Positions 30,351 through 41,500 of a stretch of 64,000 bases of DNA are shown in pieces. Numbering within the stretch: position 1 is the first letter of the stretch; each line of letters starts with the position of its first letter. A program made the position numbers and the translations under genes. Source of the stretch: Cyanobacteria bacterium P01_D01_bin.156 (GTDB lineage Bacteria; Cyanobacteriota; Cyanobacteriia; Phormidesmidales; Phormidesmidaceae); assembly GCA_039024555.1 (NCBI GenBank), contig JBCCQQ010000017.1:38252-102251 (forward strand). The letters are read 5' to 3'. The notes beneath the pieces are model-generated. The model saw only the letters and a list, made by a program, of their open reading frames with translations. It was not told the DNA's origin and did no database searches.

Positions 30351-31736
30351 ATGAGCGCACAAACCCTCACCAGAGATTACAAAGTAGCCGATATTAGCCT
30401 TGCTAGCTGGGGTCGCAAGGAAATTGCGATCGCTGAAGGTGAAATGCCTGCACTGATGGCAATTCGTCAAAAATATCGCGGCACCAAGCCCCTAGCCGGC
30501 GCCAAGATTATCGGCTGCATCCACATGACCATCCAAACTGCGGTCCTAATCGAAACCCTAATCGAACTAGGTGCCGACGTTCGCTGGTCCTCCTGCAACA
30601 TCTTCTCCACCCAAGACCACGCCGCCGCTGCCATCGCCGAAGCCGGTGTCCCCGTCTTCGCCTGGAAGGGTGAAACCGAAGAAGAATATATCTGGTGTAT
30701 TGAGCAAACCTGTCGCACCGCTGACGGTAAGCTCTGGGAAGCCAACATGATTTTGGATGACGGTGGTGACCTGACTGGCCATATCCACGAAAACTATCCT
30801 GAGATGCTGGCAAACATCCATGGTGTGACTGAAGAAACCACCACGGGTGTACACCGCCTCTACGAAATGATGGAAAAGGGCGAGCTGAAGATTCCCGCCA
30901 TCAATGTTAATGATTCTGTTACTAAGGCGAAAAACGATAACAAGTACGGCTGCCGTCACAGCCTGAACGACGCCATTAAGCGAGGTACAGATCACCTGCT
31001 AGCGGGTAAAAAAGCCTTGGTCATTGGCTATGGTGATGTGGGTAAGGGCTCTGTTGCCTCACTCCGCCAGGAAGGCATGATTGTGAAGGTGACAGAAGTA
31101 GACCCCATCTGTGCCATGCAGGCGTGCATGGACGGATTTGAATTGGTGTCTCCCTATATCGATGGTGTAAATGACGGCACTGTTGCCAGCCTAAATAAGG
31201 AGCTACTGGCCAATACGGACCTGTTGGTGACTGCCACTGGCAACGTCAACGTATGCGATGCCAACATGCTTGCTGCCCTCAAGCCTGGTGCTGTGGTGTG
31301 TAATATTGGTCACTTTGACAATGAAATTGACACGGCTTATATGCGCCAAGCCTGGCAGTGGGAAGAGGTCAAGCCCCAGGTCCATAAGGTGTACCGCAGT
31401 GACGATCCTCAGGACTTTTTGCTCTTGTTGGCTGAAGGTCGTCTAGTGAATTTGGGTAATGCTACAGGGCATCCTTCCCGCATTATGGATGGGTCCTTTG
31501 CAAACCAAGTATTGGCCCAGATGTTCCTATATGAGCGTAAGTTTGCAGAGCTACCCGCCGCTGAAAAAGCAGATGCCATCACCGTTGAAGTGCTACCCAA
31601 GCATTTGGACGAAGAAGTAGCCCGCTATATGGTAGAAGGCTTTGGTGGCGTAATTACCCAGCTTTCCTCAACTCAGGCCGAGTATATCAACGTGCCGGTC
31701 GAGGGACCCTTCAAGACCGATAACTACAAGTACTAG
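30351..31736 (+). CDS. ahcY: Adenosylhomocysteinase
   Basis: [64 protein letters not shown]. Confidence 0.98.
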   Translation: MSAQTLTRDYKVADISLASWGRKEIAIAEGEMPALMAIRQKYRGTKPLAGAKIIGCIHMTIQTAVLIETLIELGADVRWSSCNIFSTQDHAAAAIAEAGVPVFAWKGETEEEYIWCIEQTCRTADGKLWEANMILDDGGDLTGHIHENYPEMLANIHGVTEETTTGVHRLYEMMEKGELKIPAINVNDSVTKAKNDNKYGCRHSLNDAIKRGTDHLLAGKKALVIGYGDVGKGSVASLRQEGMIVKVTEVDPICAMQACMDGFELVSPYIDGVNDGTVASLNKELLANTDLLVTATGNVNVCDANMLAALKPGAVVCNIGHFDNEIDTAYMRQAWQWEEVKPQVHKVYRSDDPQDFLLLLAEGRLVNLGNATGHPSRIMDGSFANQVLAQMFLYERKFAELPAAEKADAITVEVLPKHLDEEVARYMVEGFGGVITQLSSTQAEYINVPVEGPFKTDNYKY

Positions 31737-31854
31737 GGACTGGCTGATTGCAGCATAGCTTAGACAACTAGTAATAGACTGCATCTATTTAATAGACTGC
31801 ACCTATCGAATTCGGCCTATTTGGGTAAAGACCAATAGAAGGCAATTCATTATT

Positions 31855-31887
31855 AAAGCCTTTCTCCATATTGGAGAAAGGCTTTTT
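31855..31887 (+). terminator. Intrinsic terminator of metK-ahcY
   Basis: AAAGCCTTTCTCCA-TAT-TGGAGAAAGGCTTT-TT. Confidence 0.85.
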
Positions 31888-32269
31888 GTGAGTTTAATGC
31901 GATTAACCTCTTTGCTTTATCAGTAGCAACTATGTCAACGTAAATGATGTCCCGTTGCTCAGTCTTTTTATTGTAGCAACAACATTCTTTAAACAGTATT
32001 CCCCTTAGGCCCGATGCCCGTGAGCTATTTTGTTCTGCTTCGTTCCTACTCAGGTTATAAAACTGAGATATTCTAAAGCTCGCTGTTTACTGAACGTGAA
32101 ATTTCCATGAAACTACGACCAGAGTGGAATGTCTGCAACAGCTCTGACCATGGGTACAGGTAAACTAAAACTATTCTCCATGTAACACCGCCGCTTTACA
32201 TGCAAGGTTTCGACTTGCTAGCGCTCGGATTGCTATTAAATTGCTTACTCTTATAGATATAAACGCACT

Positions 32270-33214
32270 ATGGAAAAGAACGCTAAAGTCTATGTTGCAG
32301 GGCACAACGGCCTGGTGGGCAGCGCCATCGTTCGCGCCCTAAAAGATCAGGGATATACTAACCTGATTTTCAAAAGTAGTAAGGACCTAGACCTTTGTCG
32401 TCAGACGGAGGTTGAAGCGTTTTTTGAAGCGACGAAACCCGACTATGTATTTTTGGCTGCGGCTAAGGTTGGGGGGATTCATGCGAACAATACCTATCGT
32501 GCTTCATTTCTGTACGACAACATGATGATTGAGGCGAATGTGATCCACAGTGCCTATAAAGTAGGGGTGAAAAAGCTGTTGTTCTTGGGGTCGTCCTGCA
32601 TTTATCCGAAGCTGGCTCCCCAGCCGATGAAGGAAGATCATCTACTGACAGGTTTTTTGGAGCCGACCAATGAACCTTATGCGATCGCAAAGATTGCTGG
32701 TCTGAAGCTGTGTGAAAACTACTGTCGGCAATATGGCGTCAACTTTATTTCCGCCATGCCCACAAACCTATACGGCCTTAATGATAACTTTGACCTGGCC
32801 AACTCCCATGTATTACCTGCCCTAATGCGCAAATTTCATGAAGCCAAACTGGCTAACCAGCCTACGGCTGAAGTATGGGGTAGTGGTAGCCCCCTGCGGG
32901 AGTTTTTGTATGTAGACGATTTAGCCGACGGTCTTTTGTTTTTGATGAATCATTACGAGGGTATCGACTTTATCAATATTGGCAGTGGTAGAGAAGTTTC
33001 TATCAAAGAACTGGCCCTCACCGTGAAGGATGTGGTGGGTTATGAAGGAGAGATTGTTTTTGATAGCAGCAAACCCGACGGCACCCCCCGAAAGCTCATG
33101 GATGTGTCTCGTCTGAGTGCCCTGGGTTGGGAAGCTCAAACCTCTCTCAAAGAAGGCATTGCCAAGACCTACGAGTGGTTTCAGCTGCACTATGAAACTC
33201 TGCGGGGAGTATAG
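32270..33214 (+). CDS. fcl: GDP-L-fucose synthase
   Basis: [46 protein letters not shown]. Confidence 0.96.
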   Translation: MEKNAKVYVAGHNGLVGSAIVRALKDQGYTNLIFKSSKDLDLCRQTEVEAFFEATKPDYVFLAAAKVGGIHANNTYRASFLYDNMMIEANVIHSAYKVGVKKLLFLGSSCIYPKLAPQPMKEDHLLTGFLEPTNEPYAIAKIAGLKLCENYCRQYGVNFISAMPTNLYGLNDNFDLANSHVLPALMRKFHEAKLANQPTAEVWGSGSPLREFLYVDDLADGLLFLMNHYEGIDFINIGSGREVSIKELALTVKDVVGYEGEIVFDSSKPDGTPRKLMDVSRLSALGWEAQTSLKEGIAKTYEWFQLHYETLRGV

Positions 33215-33314
33215 TTTGGTAGGTATGGGATATCAGCGCAACAGAAGCGTTGTTCGCTGTGGTAGTCCTGTATTTTGTGCTATTACCGGTATGGTTTCAT
33301 TAGGGTAGTTGTTT

Positions 33315-36002
33315 ATGGGTCAGCGCTTAGCGCATCGTTACCGCATCGATAAACTGATGGGCCAGGGTGGCTTTGGTAAAGTGTTCCTGGCCTATGATGA
33401 GCAACTGCCCGGTGAGCCTGTCTGCGTCGTTAAGCAGCTTAACCCGCCGTATACTCAGTCTTCTGAGGCCTTAGCCATTGCCCAGCGACTGTTTGACCTA
33501 GAAGCAAAAACGCTTTATCGCCTGGGGGAACATCCCCAAATTCCAAGATTATTGGCTCACTTTGAAGAAGCGGGGCATCAATACCTAGTACAGGAATACA
33601 TTCCCGGTCACTCCTTAGCAGATGAGTTTGCCTCCGGTCCCATAAGTGTTACGGCGGCTAAGGCCTGTCTTCAGGACCTATTGACGGTGCTAGCAGCGGT
33701 TCACGAGCAAAATGTTATCCACCGGGATATCAAACCCAGTAATATTTTGCGACACCAGGCGCCGGGACAGGTTCCTGGATCGCTCGTTTTGATTGACTTT
33801 GGCGCTGTCAAAGCCCTTCAAACAGCCCCTGCCCCAACGGTAGCCATCGGTTCCTTAGGCTATATGGCCCCCGAACAACAGGCTGCCCACCCTTGCTTTA
33901 GCAGTGATTTATACAGCTTGGGCATGGTTATTCTTCAAGGGTTGTCCGGGCGTCACCCCATGGGGTTTAGTATTCCTGCTAGCTGTGCAAGTGTTGGAGT
34001 GTCTGTGCCTCCAGAGCTGGCCCGGTTTATTGATCGGCTGGTGTATCTAGATCATCACCAGAGGTACAGCAATGCTAAGGACGCATTAGCTGCTTTAGAG
34101 GGGGTACCTTTGAATGCAGAAACGGTCTGGCCGACGACCATACTCTTACCTTCTCCATCGGCCCCTAAATCCGTTTCTGAAACTCAACGTTCCCGTGTTT
34201 ATTCCCAACAAAACCATCGCAATCGGCAAGCGCTACTGAATAAGGTTCGACGTTTCTGGATTGAAGGTGTTCTGGAACGGTCGCTCCATGGTCAGGTGAT
34301 GCTTACCTTAGGGTTAGAAGAGCGTCCTGATGCGATCGCACCTCCCTGGCAGATTACCTATGCGAGTCCGGGACAAGCGGCCCAGCCCCTACCCCCAGGC
34401 ACCCAGACTAGCCATATCTTCGATGCCATTGGTGAAGGTCGCACCTTACTCATTCTGGGAGAACCCGGTGCTGGTAAAACCACTACGTTATTAGACTTGG
34501 CCCGCACCCTACTCAATCGGATGGAGCAGACTGAGCATCCACGACTGCCAGTAATTTTTAATCTCTCTTCTTGGTGCAATCAGCCTATGGAACAGTGGTT
34601 GGTGCATGAACTCAACAGTAAATATCAGGTACCTAAGGCCATCGGTCGCAGCTGGGTTGACGCGCAACAATTGCTGTTACTGCTAGATGGACTAGATGAA
34701 GTTGCGATAGAACGACGGGCTGCCTGCGTGGGTGCCCTCAATCAGTTCCACCAAAACTATGGTCCAGAAATGGTGGTGTGCAGCCGTATTCGCGACTATG
34801 AGGTGCTACCGGTAAAGCTCTCGTTTCAGGCAGCTCTGTTTTTACGTGCTCTAAGCGATCAACAAATTTTGGCCTATCTCAACCAGCCTGATCGAGGGTT
34901 GACAGGGCTAAAATCCCTGTTGGAAAAGGACGCAGCGGTACAGGACGCTACGGGTTCATTGTTTGAGCTGGCCCGCTCGCCGCTAATTTTGAACATTATG
35001 GTGCTGACCTATCAGGGGTTAGCGGTAGAGGAGATTTTTCCAGAAACACCTGCAGGGACGCCACCCAACTATCAGCAACAGCTGTTTGATGCCTATATTC
35101 ACCGCATGTTAGCCCGTTGCTCCCAGGTAACCTACCGTCCAGAGCAGATTGAGCATTGGCTGACAACTTTAGCTCAGCGGCTGATGGCCACCTCTGAGAC
35201 AATTTTTCTGATTGAGCGCATGCAGCCAGACTGGCTATCGCCATCGATGCGACGATTCTATGTAGCCGGACTATGGGGTAGCTTTTTTGCGATCGCAACC
35301 GCCCTTGGTTCCCAGGTACTTGCTCAGGATCGTCTATTTTTAGCGGTTTTTCTAGGGGGAATTCTTTGCAGTCGTATTTTTGGCGTCAGCCGTATTACTC
35401 CTGCCGAAACTCTGCGATGGTCTTGGCAGACAGCTCGCAATAATCTACTCCTGGGGGTGACCCTCGGACCACCTATCGGCTGGGGATTAAAGGTGGGCTT
35501 TGGTTTGCTATTTGGCGACCGAGTTTGCTTACTCAATGCCACCTGTCTTGCTAACCACAGTTTTATCGGCTTAGCCTTTGGGACCACTCTGGGGGCCACC
35601 TATGGTCTGATTCGAGGGCTAAACGGTAAACGTGTGAGCAATGCCAGTCACCCTAATGCGGGCATGTGGCAATCGGCCCGTAATGCTTTCCTGTTTGCCG
35701 TGGTTGCCATGGTCACTTTATATATTCCCGGTACTCTGATCGGCAATACCAAAGCTACGTTTTGGGCTGCCACTGGTTTAGCATTTGGTTTTGCAGCGGG
35801 TGGGGGTGAGGCCCTGATTAAACATTTACTATTGCGATTGTTGTTGACCCTTAGCGGTACTACTCCCTGGAACTATAGAAAATTTCTAGACCATGCCACG
35901 GCTAGCATTTTTCTGCAAAATGTAGGTGGTGGCTACTTATTTATTCATCGCCTATTGCTAGAACACTTTGCGAATCTGTCGCATCCACCTCAAGACTGGT
36001 GA
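33315..36002 (+). CDS. Ser/Thr protein kinase - NACHT NTPase - multi-TM fusion
   Basis: GQGGFGKV, VVK, HRDIKPSN, DFG, YMAPE; GEPGAGKTT and LLLLDGLDE; Gly-rich TM region; ATG 33315 in ORF 33309..36002. Confidence 0.9.
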   Translation: MGQRLAHRYRIDKLMGQGGFGKVFLAYDEQLPGEPVCVVKQLNPPYTQSSEALAIAQRLFDLEAKTLYRLGEHPQIPRLLAHFEEAGHQYLVQEYIPGHSLADEFASGPISVTAAKACLQDLLTVLAAVHEQNVIHRDIKPSNILRHQAPGQVPGSLVLIDFGAVKALQTAPAPTVAIGSLGYMAPEQQAAHPCFSSDLYSLGMVILQGLSGRHPMGFSIPASCASVGVSVPPELARFIDRLVYLDHHQRYSNAKDALAALEGVPLNAETVWPTTILLPSPSAPKSVSETQRSRVYSQQNHRNRQALLNKVRRFWIEGVLERSLHGQVMLTLGLEERPDAIAPPWQITYASPGQAAQPLPPGTQTSHIFDAIGEGRTLLILGEPGAGKTTTLLDLARTLLNRMEQTEHPRLPVIFNLSSWCNQPMEQWLVHELNSKYQVPKAIGRSWVDAQQLLLLLDGLDEVAIERRAACVGALNQFHQNYGPEMVVCSRIRDYEVLPVKLSFQAALFLRALSDQQILAYLNQPDRGLTGLKSLLEKDAAVQDATGSLFELARSPLILNIMVLTYQGLAVEEIFPETPAGTPPNYQQQLFDAYIHRMLARCSQVTYRPEQIEHWLTTLAQRLMATSETIFLIERMQPDWLSPSMRRFYVAGLWGSFFAIATALGSQVLAQDRLFLAVFLGGILCSRIFGVSRITPAETLRWSWQTARNNLLLGVTLGPPIGWGLKVGFGLLFGDRVCLLNATCLANHSFIGLAFGTTLGATYGLIRGLNGKRVSNASHPNAGMWQSARNAFLFAVVAMVTLYIPGTLIGNTKATFWAATGLAFGFAAGGGEALIKHLLLRLLLTLSGTTPWNYRKFLDHATASIFLQNVGGGYLFIHRLLLEHFANLSHPPQDW

Positions 36003-36100
36003 GAGATTAGCAATAACAATTTTGTAAAAAATATTAGATAATCTACCCGGTTAATTGAGTTAAACGGTGTATCCTGATACAGAATTTATTGAGCATCCTT

Positions 36101-36184
36101 ATGTATTCCACTGTTTTTATACTCATGGCAGTGTTGTTAATTATTGTTGTTGCTGTTGCCACCATATCGTTCAAGTTGTTTTAA
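36101..36184 (+). CDS. Candidate 27-aa single-TM small protein
   Basis: ATG..TAA reads MYSTVFILMAVLLIIVVAVATISFKLF; below the ORF-track cutoff. Confidence 0.35.
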   Translation: MYSTVFILMAVLLIIVVAVATISFKLF

Positions 36185-36490
36185 GCATTGCGGCAGTTTG
36201 TTGATGGCCAATTTCTGTTCAATGGTTTCTATTCGTAAACTATCGAGTATGGACTATTGTCGTAAAACATTACATAGATTGGTTCATACAAGCTAGACTA
36301 ATGGCTAAATGCTAGATGGCTCATGGTGTGTAGGCTGAGTTTTAGCTACATCTCGCGGCAAAACTACATATTGGGTCACAAAATAGAACGCGATTGGCCT
36401 GATATATTAGTGACTTCTTGCTATTGATGCTTATAGGAGGTCCATCTACAGGCAGTGCTTTTCTATACACTTAACTAATGGTGGTGCTCC

Positions 36491-37810
36491 ATGTCGCCTG
36501 AAGATGCCATCACTCTTGTGGATAAACTGCTCTCACCGTATCGCCTAACGGCCATTCAAGAGGTCGTTTTTAGACGATGCTGGCAGGGCTCAACCTATGC
36601 TGAAATTGCTGCTAGTGAGGGCTATGATGCAGACTATGTAAGGGTTACTGGCTCCCGCCTTTGGCAAAAAATTTCCCAGGTTCTGGGGGAGCGAGTCACT
36701 AAAAAGAATATTCACGCAGTTCTCCGGCAGCAGGCCCATCAGCTACATCAACCTGATACTCCAGATGTCTGGTGGCCCGGTGGTACGCAGCAGGCAGACA
36801 CACCTTTTCCTGGCAGTCCTCTGCCCCTAGGCAGTCCTTTTTACATTGATCGTCCTCCGGTGGAGAAACAGGCCATGGGGGAGTTGCTTAAGCCTGGAGC
36901 ATTACTCAGGATTCGAGCACCGGAACGGTGGGGAAAAACGTCTCTAGTCAATCGTCTTGTGGCCCAGGCCCAGGCATTTGGTTTTCATGTGGTGCGACTA
37001 AACTTTCGCCAAGCCGATGGTGCGGTACTTGCTAACTTTGATAAATTTTTGCGATGGTTTTGTGCCAACATTGCTCAGCAGCTAAAACTGTCTGCCTGTT
37101 TAGATGATGTATGGAATAGTGATCTCGGTAGCAAGGTTAGCTGTACTAACTACATGCAAACCAATGTCTTGACGCCGCTTCAGCAGCCCTTGCTATTAGT
37201 GATTGACGATCTCCAGGCAGTCTTTGAGCATCCCGCGATGGCTCAGGAGTTTTTACCAATGCTGCGGGTATGGCATGAGGAAGCTAAAAATTTACCAGAA
37301 TGGGGACACCTGAGGCTGCTTGTCGCCTATGCAACCGAAGCCTACATTCCCTTACAGATTCATCAGTCCCCTTTTAATGTTGGTCTGCCGTTGCGACTGC
37401 CAGCCTTTACCATTGCTCAAACCCGGCAGCTGGCACAGCGTTACAGGGTGTCATGGGAAGATGGCCTGAGTAATCTCCATACCTTAGTAAATGGCCATCC
37501 TTACCTGATTCATCTAGCTTTGTATAACCTCAGTGTTTGCAAAATGGACTTGCAAGCACTTATTGATGAAGCTCCGCAACACAGTGGCATATACAGTGAT
37601 CATCTGCGTAGCTACTTAGCGATTTTTGAGACAGAACCCAAGCTGTGTCGTTCGTTTTATCAAGTAATCAAAGAAGATACAAATACAGAGCTAGAACCCA
37701 TGGCAGCCTATCGCTTAGAAAGTATGGGTCTGGTAACTCTGAGCGGTAACACAGCAACGGCTAGCTGCAATCTATATAAGCAGTACTTTGGCGGCCGCTT
37801 AGGCGTCTAG
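36491..37810 (+). CDS. N-terminal HTH + AAA_35 (STAND-like) domain protein
   Basis: WQGSTYAEIA...GSRLWQKISQVLGERVTKKN HTH; PFYIDRPP, APERWGKTS, LLVIDD, QSPFNVG, GHPYL. Confidence 0.85.
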   Translation: MSPEDAITLVDKLLSPYRLTAIQEVVFRRCWQGSTYAEIAASEGYDADYVRVTGSRLWQKISQVLGERVTKKNIHAVLRQQAHQLHQPDTPDVWWPGGTQQADTPFPGSPLPLGSPFYIDRPPVEKQAMGELLKPGALLRIRAPERWGKTSLVNRLVAQAQAFGFHVVRLNFRQADGAVLANFDKFLRWFCANIAQQLKLSACLDDVWNSDLGSKVSCTNYMQTNVLTPLQQPLLLVIDDLQAVFEHPAMAQEFLPMLRVWHEEAKNLPEWGHLRLLVAYATEAYIPLQIHQSPFNVGLPLRLPAFTIAQTRQLAQRYRVSWEDGLSNLHTLVNGHPYLIHLALYNLSVCKMDLQALIDEAPQHSGIYSDHLRSYLAIFETEPKLCRSFYQVIKEDTNTELEPMAAYRLESMGLVTLSGNTATASCNLYKQYFGGRLGV

Positions 37811-38197
37811 TCCAGCTGAAGATGTGACTACTTTGCCGATTGAGGTTTGACTCAACGACATTAATGCCTGGATGTGGGCAAATATGTCTTCGGCATCATA
37901 GGCCCCAGCAAGATAGGCATCCGCTCCGCCACAGGCGGGTGCTACATAGGTGTTACTACACACCATGACAGGGATATGGCCCACAACAGAACTGTGCTTG
38001 ATGCGATCGCAGACCTCCTGAATATCTAACCCAGGAGCAGATTCCACGAGCACCAGTTCAGGCGCAATAAAGCTTAACAGGGGGAGTAAAGTCTCATCGC
38101 TTTCAACCTGGAAAACAGAAAGCCCATGCCAATGTAACAAGTCAGTCAACAGAGCTTCTGGCTGATGAGTATTTCCAACGATTGCAATGGCTTTCAT
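37799..38197 (-). CDS. Stand-alone degenerate receiver (REC-like) protein
   Basis: PELVLVE...PGLD..EVC..IK....HIPVMV...GADAYL fold pattern; phospho-Asp replaced by Glu and conserved Lys missing; AGGAGG RBS. Confidence 0.7.
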   Translation of the reverse strand: MKAIAIVGNTHQPEALLTDLLHWHGLSVFQVESDETLLPLLSFIAPELVLVESAPGLDIQEVCDRIKHSSVVGHIPVMVCSNTYVAPACGGADAYLAGAYDAEDIFAHIQALMSLSQTSIGKVVTSSAGLDA

Positions 38198-38526
38198 AAC
38201 ATACCTCCTGAGAGTCTTAAAGCCTGTAACAATGCCAACACGGCACGGAAAAATGGCTAAAAGCCATCATTAAAAACGAAAATGAGAATGCAAAACAGCT
38301 GAGTAAGGCGCTTTCACCAACCTTTACGCAACAATCAAAGCAGCAGAGCTGCCAAATCATCTGGCCCTTAACACAGACGCTCTTAAGTGATGTGAACCAA
38401 GCCTGTGATCAACTAACGGTTAGTTGGAATCACTGCCATGGATGTAATCTAAGGGAAAACACCAAAATTCTGTAAGGCTAAAAAAGTAATTTAAAAGAAG
38501 ATCCTAGGGGTTTTCCTGGATACCAC

Positions 38527-41500
38527 CTAAATGCCCCCACTACAGAGCTGCCGGTCAGTATCCGATAAGTTATCCCCGTTGGCTAGGTAATTATCGAGCC
38601 AACGGCAGCCGTCTTCTAGTAACTGTTCAAAATTACGATTGTCTTGCCAGTTCCATAAAATGACTTGTCGATCGTGGCCGCTAGACACCACTGTTTGCCC
38701 ATCGGGACTAAAGGCTACGTCCCAGGTGAATCCATTGTGTCCGTACAGGGTGGTTACCAAGGTGCCATCCTGTCGCCAAATGCGAACGGTGCGATCGTAG
38801 CTAGTGGAGGCTAGGAGCTGGCCATCGGGACTAAAGGTGACACTATGTACGCGGGCTCGATGGCCATTCAGTACGGCTACAGGTTTACCCTCAATGGACC
38901 ACAACCGTACGGTGTGGTCGGCGCTAGCTGAGGCAATCAGCTGACTATCAGGGCTGACGGCGACGGCCCAAATAGGTGAACGATGACCGTGAATACTTTT
39001 GAGCAGTCCTCTATCACGGCCCCACACTTTGATGGTGTGGTCCCAACCAGCAGACACTAGATACTGGCCATCGGGGCTGTAGGCAATGCCATATACGCGG
39101 TTGCGATGACCTGTCAGGGTATGCAAGAGGTTTCCCTGACGATTCCATAGCTTAACGGTGCCATCCCAGCTCGCGGAAGCAATCTCCTGACCCTCAGGGC
39201 TAAAGGCCACCCCCCAGACGCGATCTTGATGACCCTTTAGCGTGTTTAGCAGGGTCCCGTTGGGCCGCCATAGCTTAACGGTTTGATCCGCGCTGGCAGA
39301 TGCTAATGTGCGTCCATTAGGGCTAAAGGCTACCTGTCGAACCCGATCGGTGTGTCCCCGCAGCACAGATTCTAGGGTTCCTTGCCAATCCCACAGCCGG
39401 ATCGTGTTGTCCCAACTGCCAGCTGCCAAGGTCCGTTGATGAATGGCTAATCCGGTGACTGGCCCGTCATAGCCGTCAAGTGTAGTGTTGATTTTATCCA
39501 AGCGCCACAGCCGTACGGTGGCATCGTCGCTGCTGGAGGCCAATAAATCCCCGGTGGGGTTAAAGTCAACGCTCCAAGTCCCGGCATCATGACCTTGAAG
39601 GGTGGTGACCAAGGTGCCGCTGCTGGTCCAGAGTTTGACCGTATTGTCCCAACTCGTGGAAGCCAGTCGTCGTCCATCTGAGCTAAACCGCAGATTCCAC
39701 ACCCGGTCTTGGTGCCCCTCTAACGTCATGGGTTGAAGCGGTTGCTCGGTGGCCGTGGACTGGTCGCTTAGATACTCCTCAATGGACCACAGCTTAATAG
39801 TTTTGTCATCGCTGCCAGAGGCTAAGAGCCGACCGCTTGGAGTAAAGGCCAATCCATAGATACCCGCTTGGTGACCCCGTAGTTCGTTTAATAATTCCCC
39901 ACTGGTGGCATCCCACAGTCGAATTGTCTGATCTTCACTAGCGGTTACTAATGTCAGTCCATCGGGACTAATCAGTGTCTGGGTAACACTGGCATCATGG
40001 GCGGGAACATCTAGCAATAGCTCTCCGGTTCTATCCCAGAGTTTGAGGGTGCCATCGTCCCCACCGGTTACAAAGGTTTGACTATCGAGGGCGATATCCA
40101 CACTATTGACCCGACCTCGATGCCCCTGCAGCGTAATAGGGGGGGCAACGCTGGTGGGCAAATCATTTTCATAGCTGATGGGCCAGACTTTAGCTGTGGC
40201 ATCCGCGCTTACGGATACTAAATACTCTCTATCGGGACTAAAGCTAACGTCCCAAACAGCATTGGTGTGGCCACTGAGGGTGGTGATTAGCTGGCCATCC
40301 GCATGCCACAGCTTGATGGTGTTGTCCCAGCTGGCGGAGGCCAAATACTCTCCATCAGGACTAAAGGTAACCCCGTATACGGGGGCTCGATGTCCCCGTA
40401 GCTGATTAGCTTCGGAAATACCTTGCATTATCTTCCGTAGGGTTTTTTCTACTTCCTGTTTCACCAGGGGTTGAGGTCTGGGTAAACGCTGTAGCTGTTG
40501 CCCAGACCGCACGGCTTCTAGAAGAGATTTTAGACGATTGTTTTGGTTAAACAGGGCATCGGCCCGATAGCTTGCCGATAGGGCCTGGTTATTTTGGTTA
40601 TCTTGACGGGTGAGCATGGTTTGCCGTGACTGGCGATAGGCCAGCATGGCTACACTGGTAATGCTCAAAAATGCGATGCCCATCCCCACTAATAGAAAGC
40701 GTTGTAGGGTAACATTGCGCTGCTGGGCTTGCAGTTTGGCTTCAAGTTCCTTTAACCGTTCTGATTCCAGTGCCTGCTGTACTTCCTGACGGTCTACGGC
40801 TTCACTGTCGGATAAGAACTTATAGTCTAGATCGCTGAGCTGTTGGCCCTTTGCCCAGGCTTGGGCTTCCACAAGAGACTGACCTCGCAATAGTCGAGAA
40901 CGATCTTGTTGTCCAGACTGTATCCAGGCTTCAAAGGTCTGGGAATAGGGGCGCAACCGGTCTAGGTGATAGTCTATCCAGGCATCGTTAAATACTTTAC
41001 GATAGAGCTGGTTGCGAATGGTTAACTGGCCTGCCTGTTTAATAATTAATCCTGACAACAACAGCTCCTCTTTGAGGTGATTATCTTCTAAGGTGAGCGA
41101 GTTACCCGATAACAGTTTTTTGTAACTACCCAACAGTCGACTAATCAGCTGAGGGCGAGCCAGTAGACGGTCTTGAATAATACGCAAATGGGGAGGTTCA
41201 TCCTGGGCCTCCCAGTTTTTGACCAGTTGAGACCGCACCAAGCCATCCACCCAGAGTTGTTCCACATACACGTTGGTACGTGATGAGAGCTTATTGACCA
41301 CCAGCTGACAGAGCTTTTGGGTCAAAAATGGCTGACCGTTGGTCCAGGTTAAAATATAGTCGAGAGTTTCTACCGGGTTACTTATTTTTGTGGACAATCC
41401 CTCGGTCAGGGGCATCGCTTCATCCAGGGTAAATCCCCCCAGTTCTATGGCAGTACCAATATTAAAAGGAGTACGATTGGGGTTGTGGCACAGATCTGTT

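Noticed and set aside
31772..31806. TAATAGACTGCA(T/C)CTAT direct repeat after ahcY
   Set aside because: Real but most simply a local duplication in the 3' UTR
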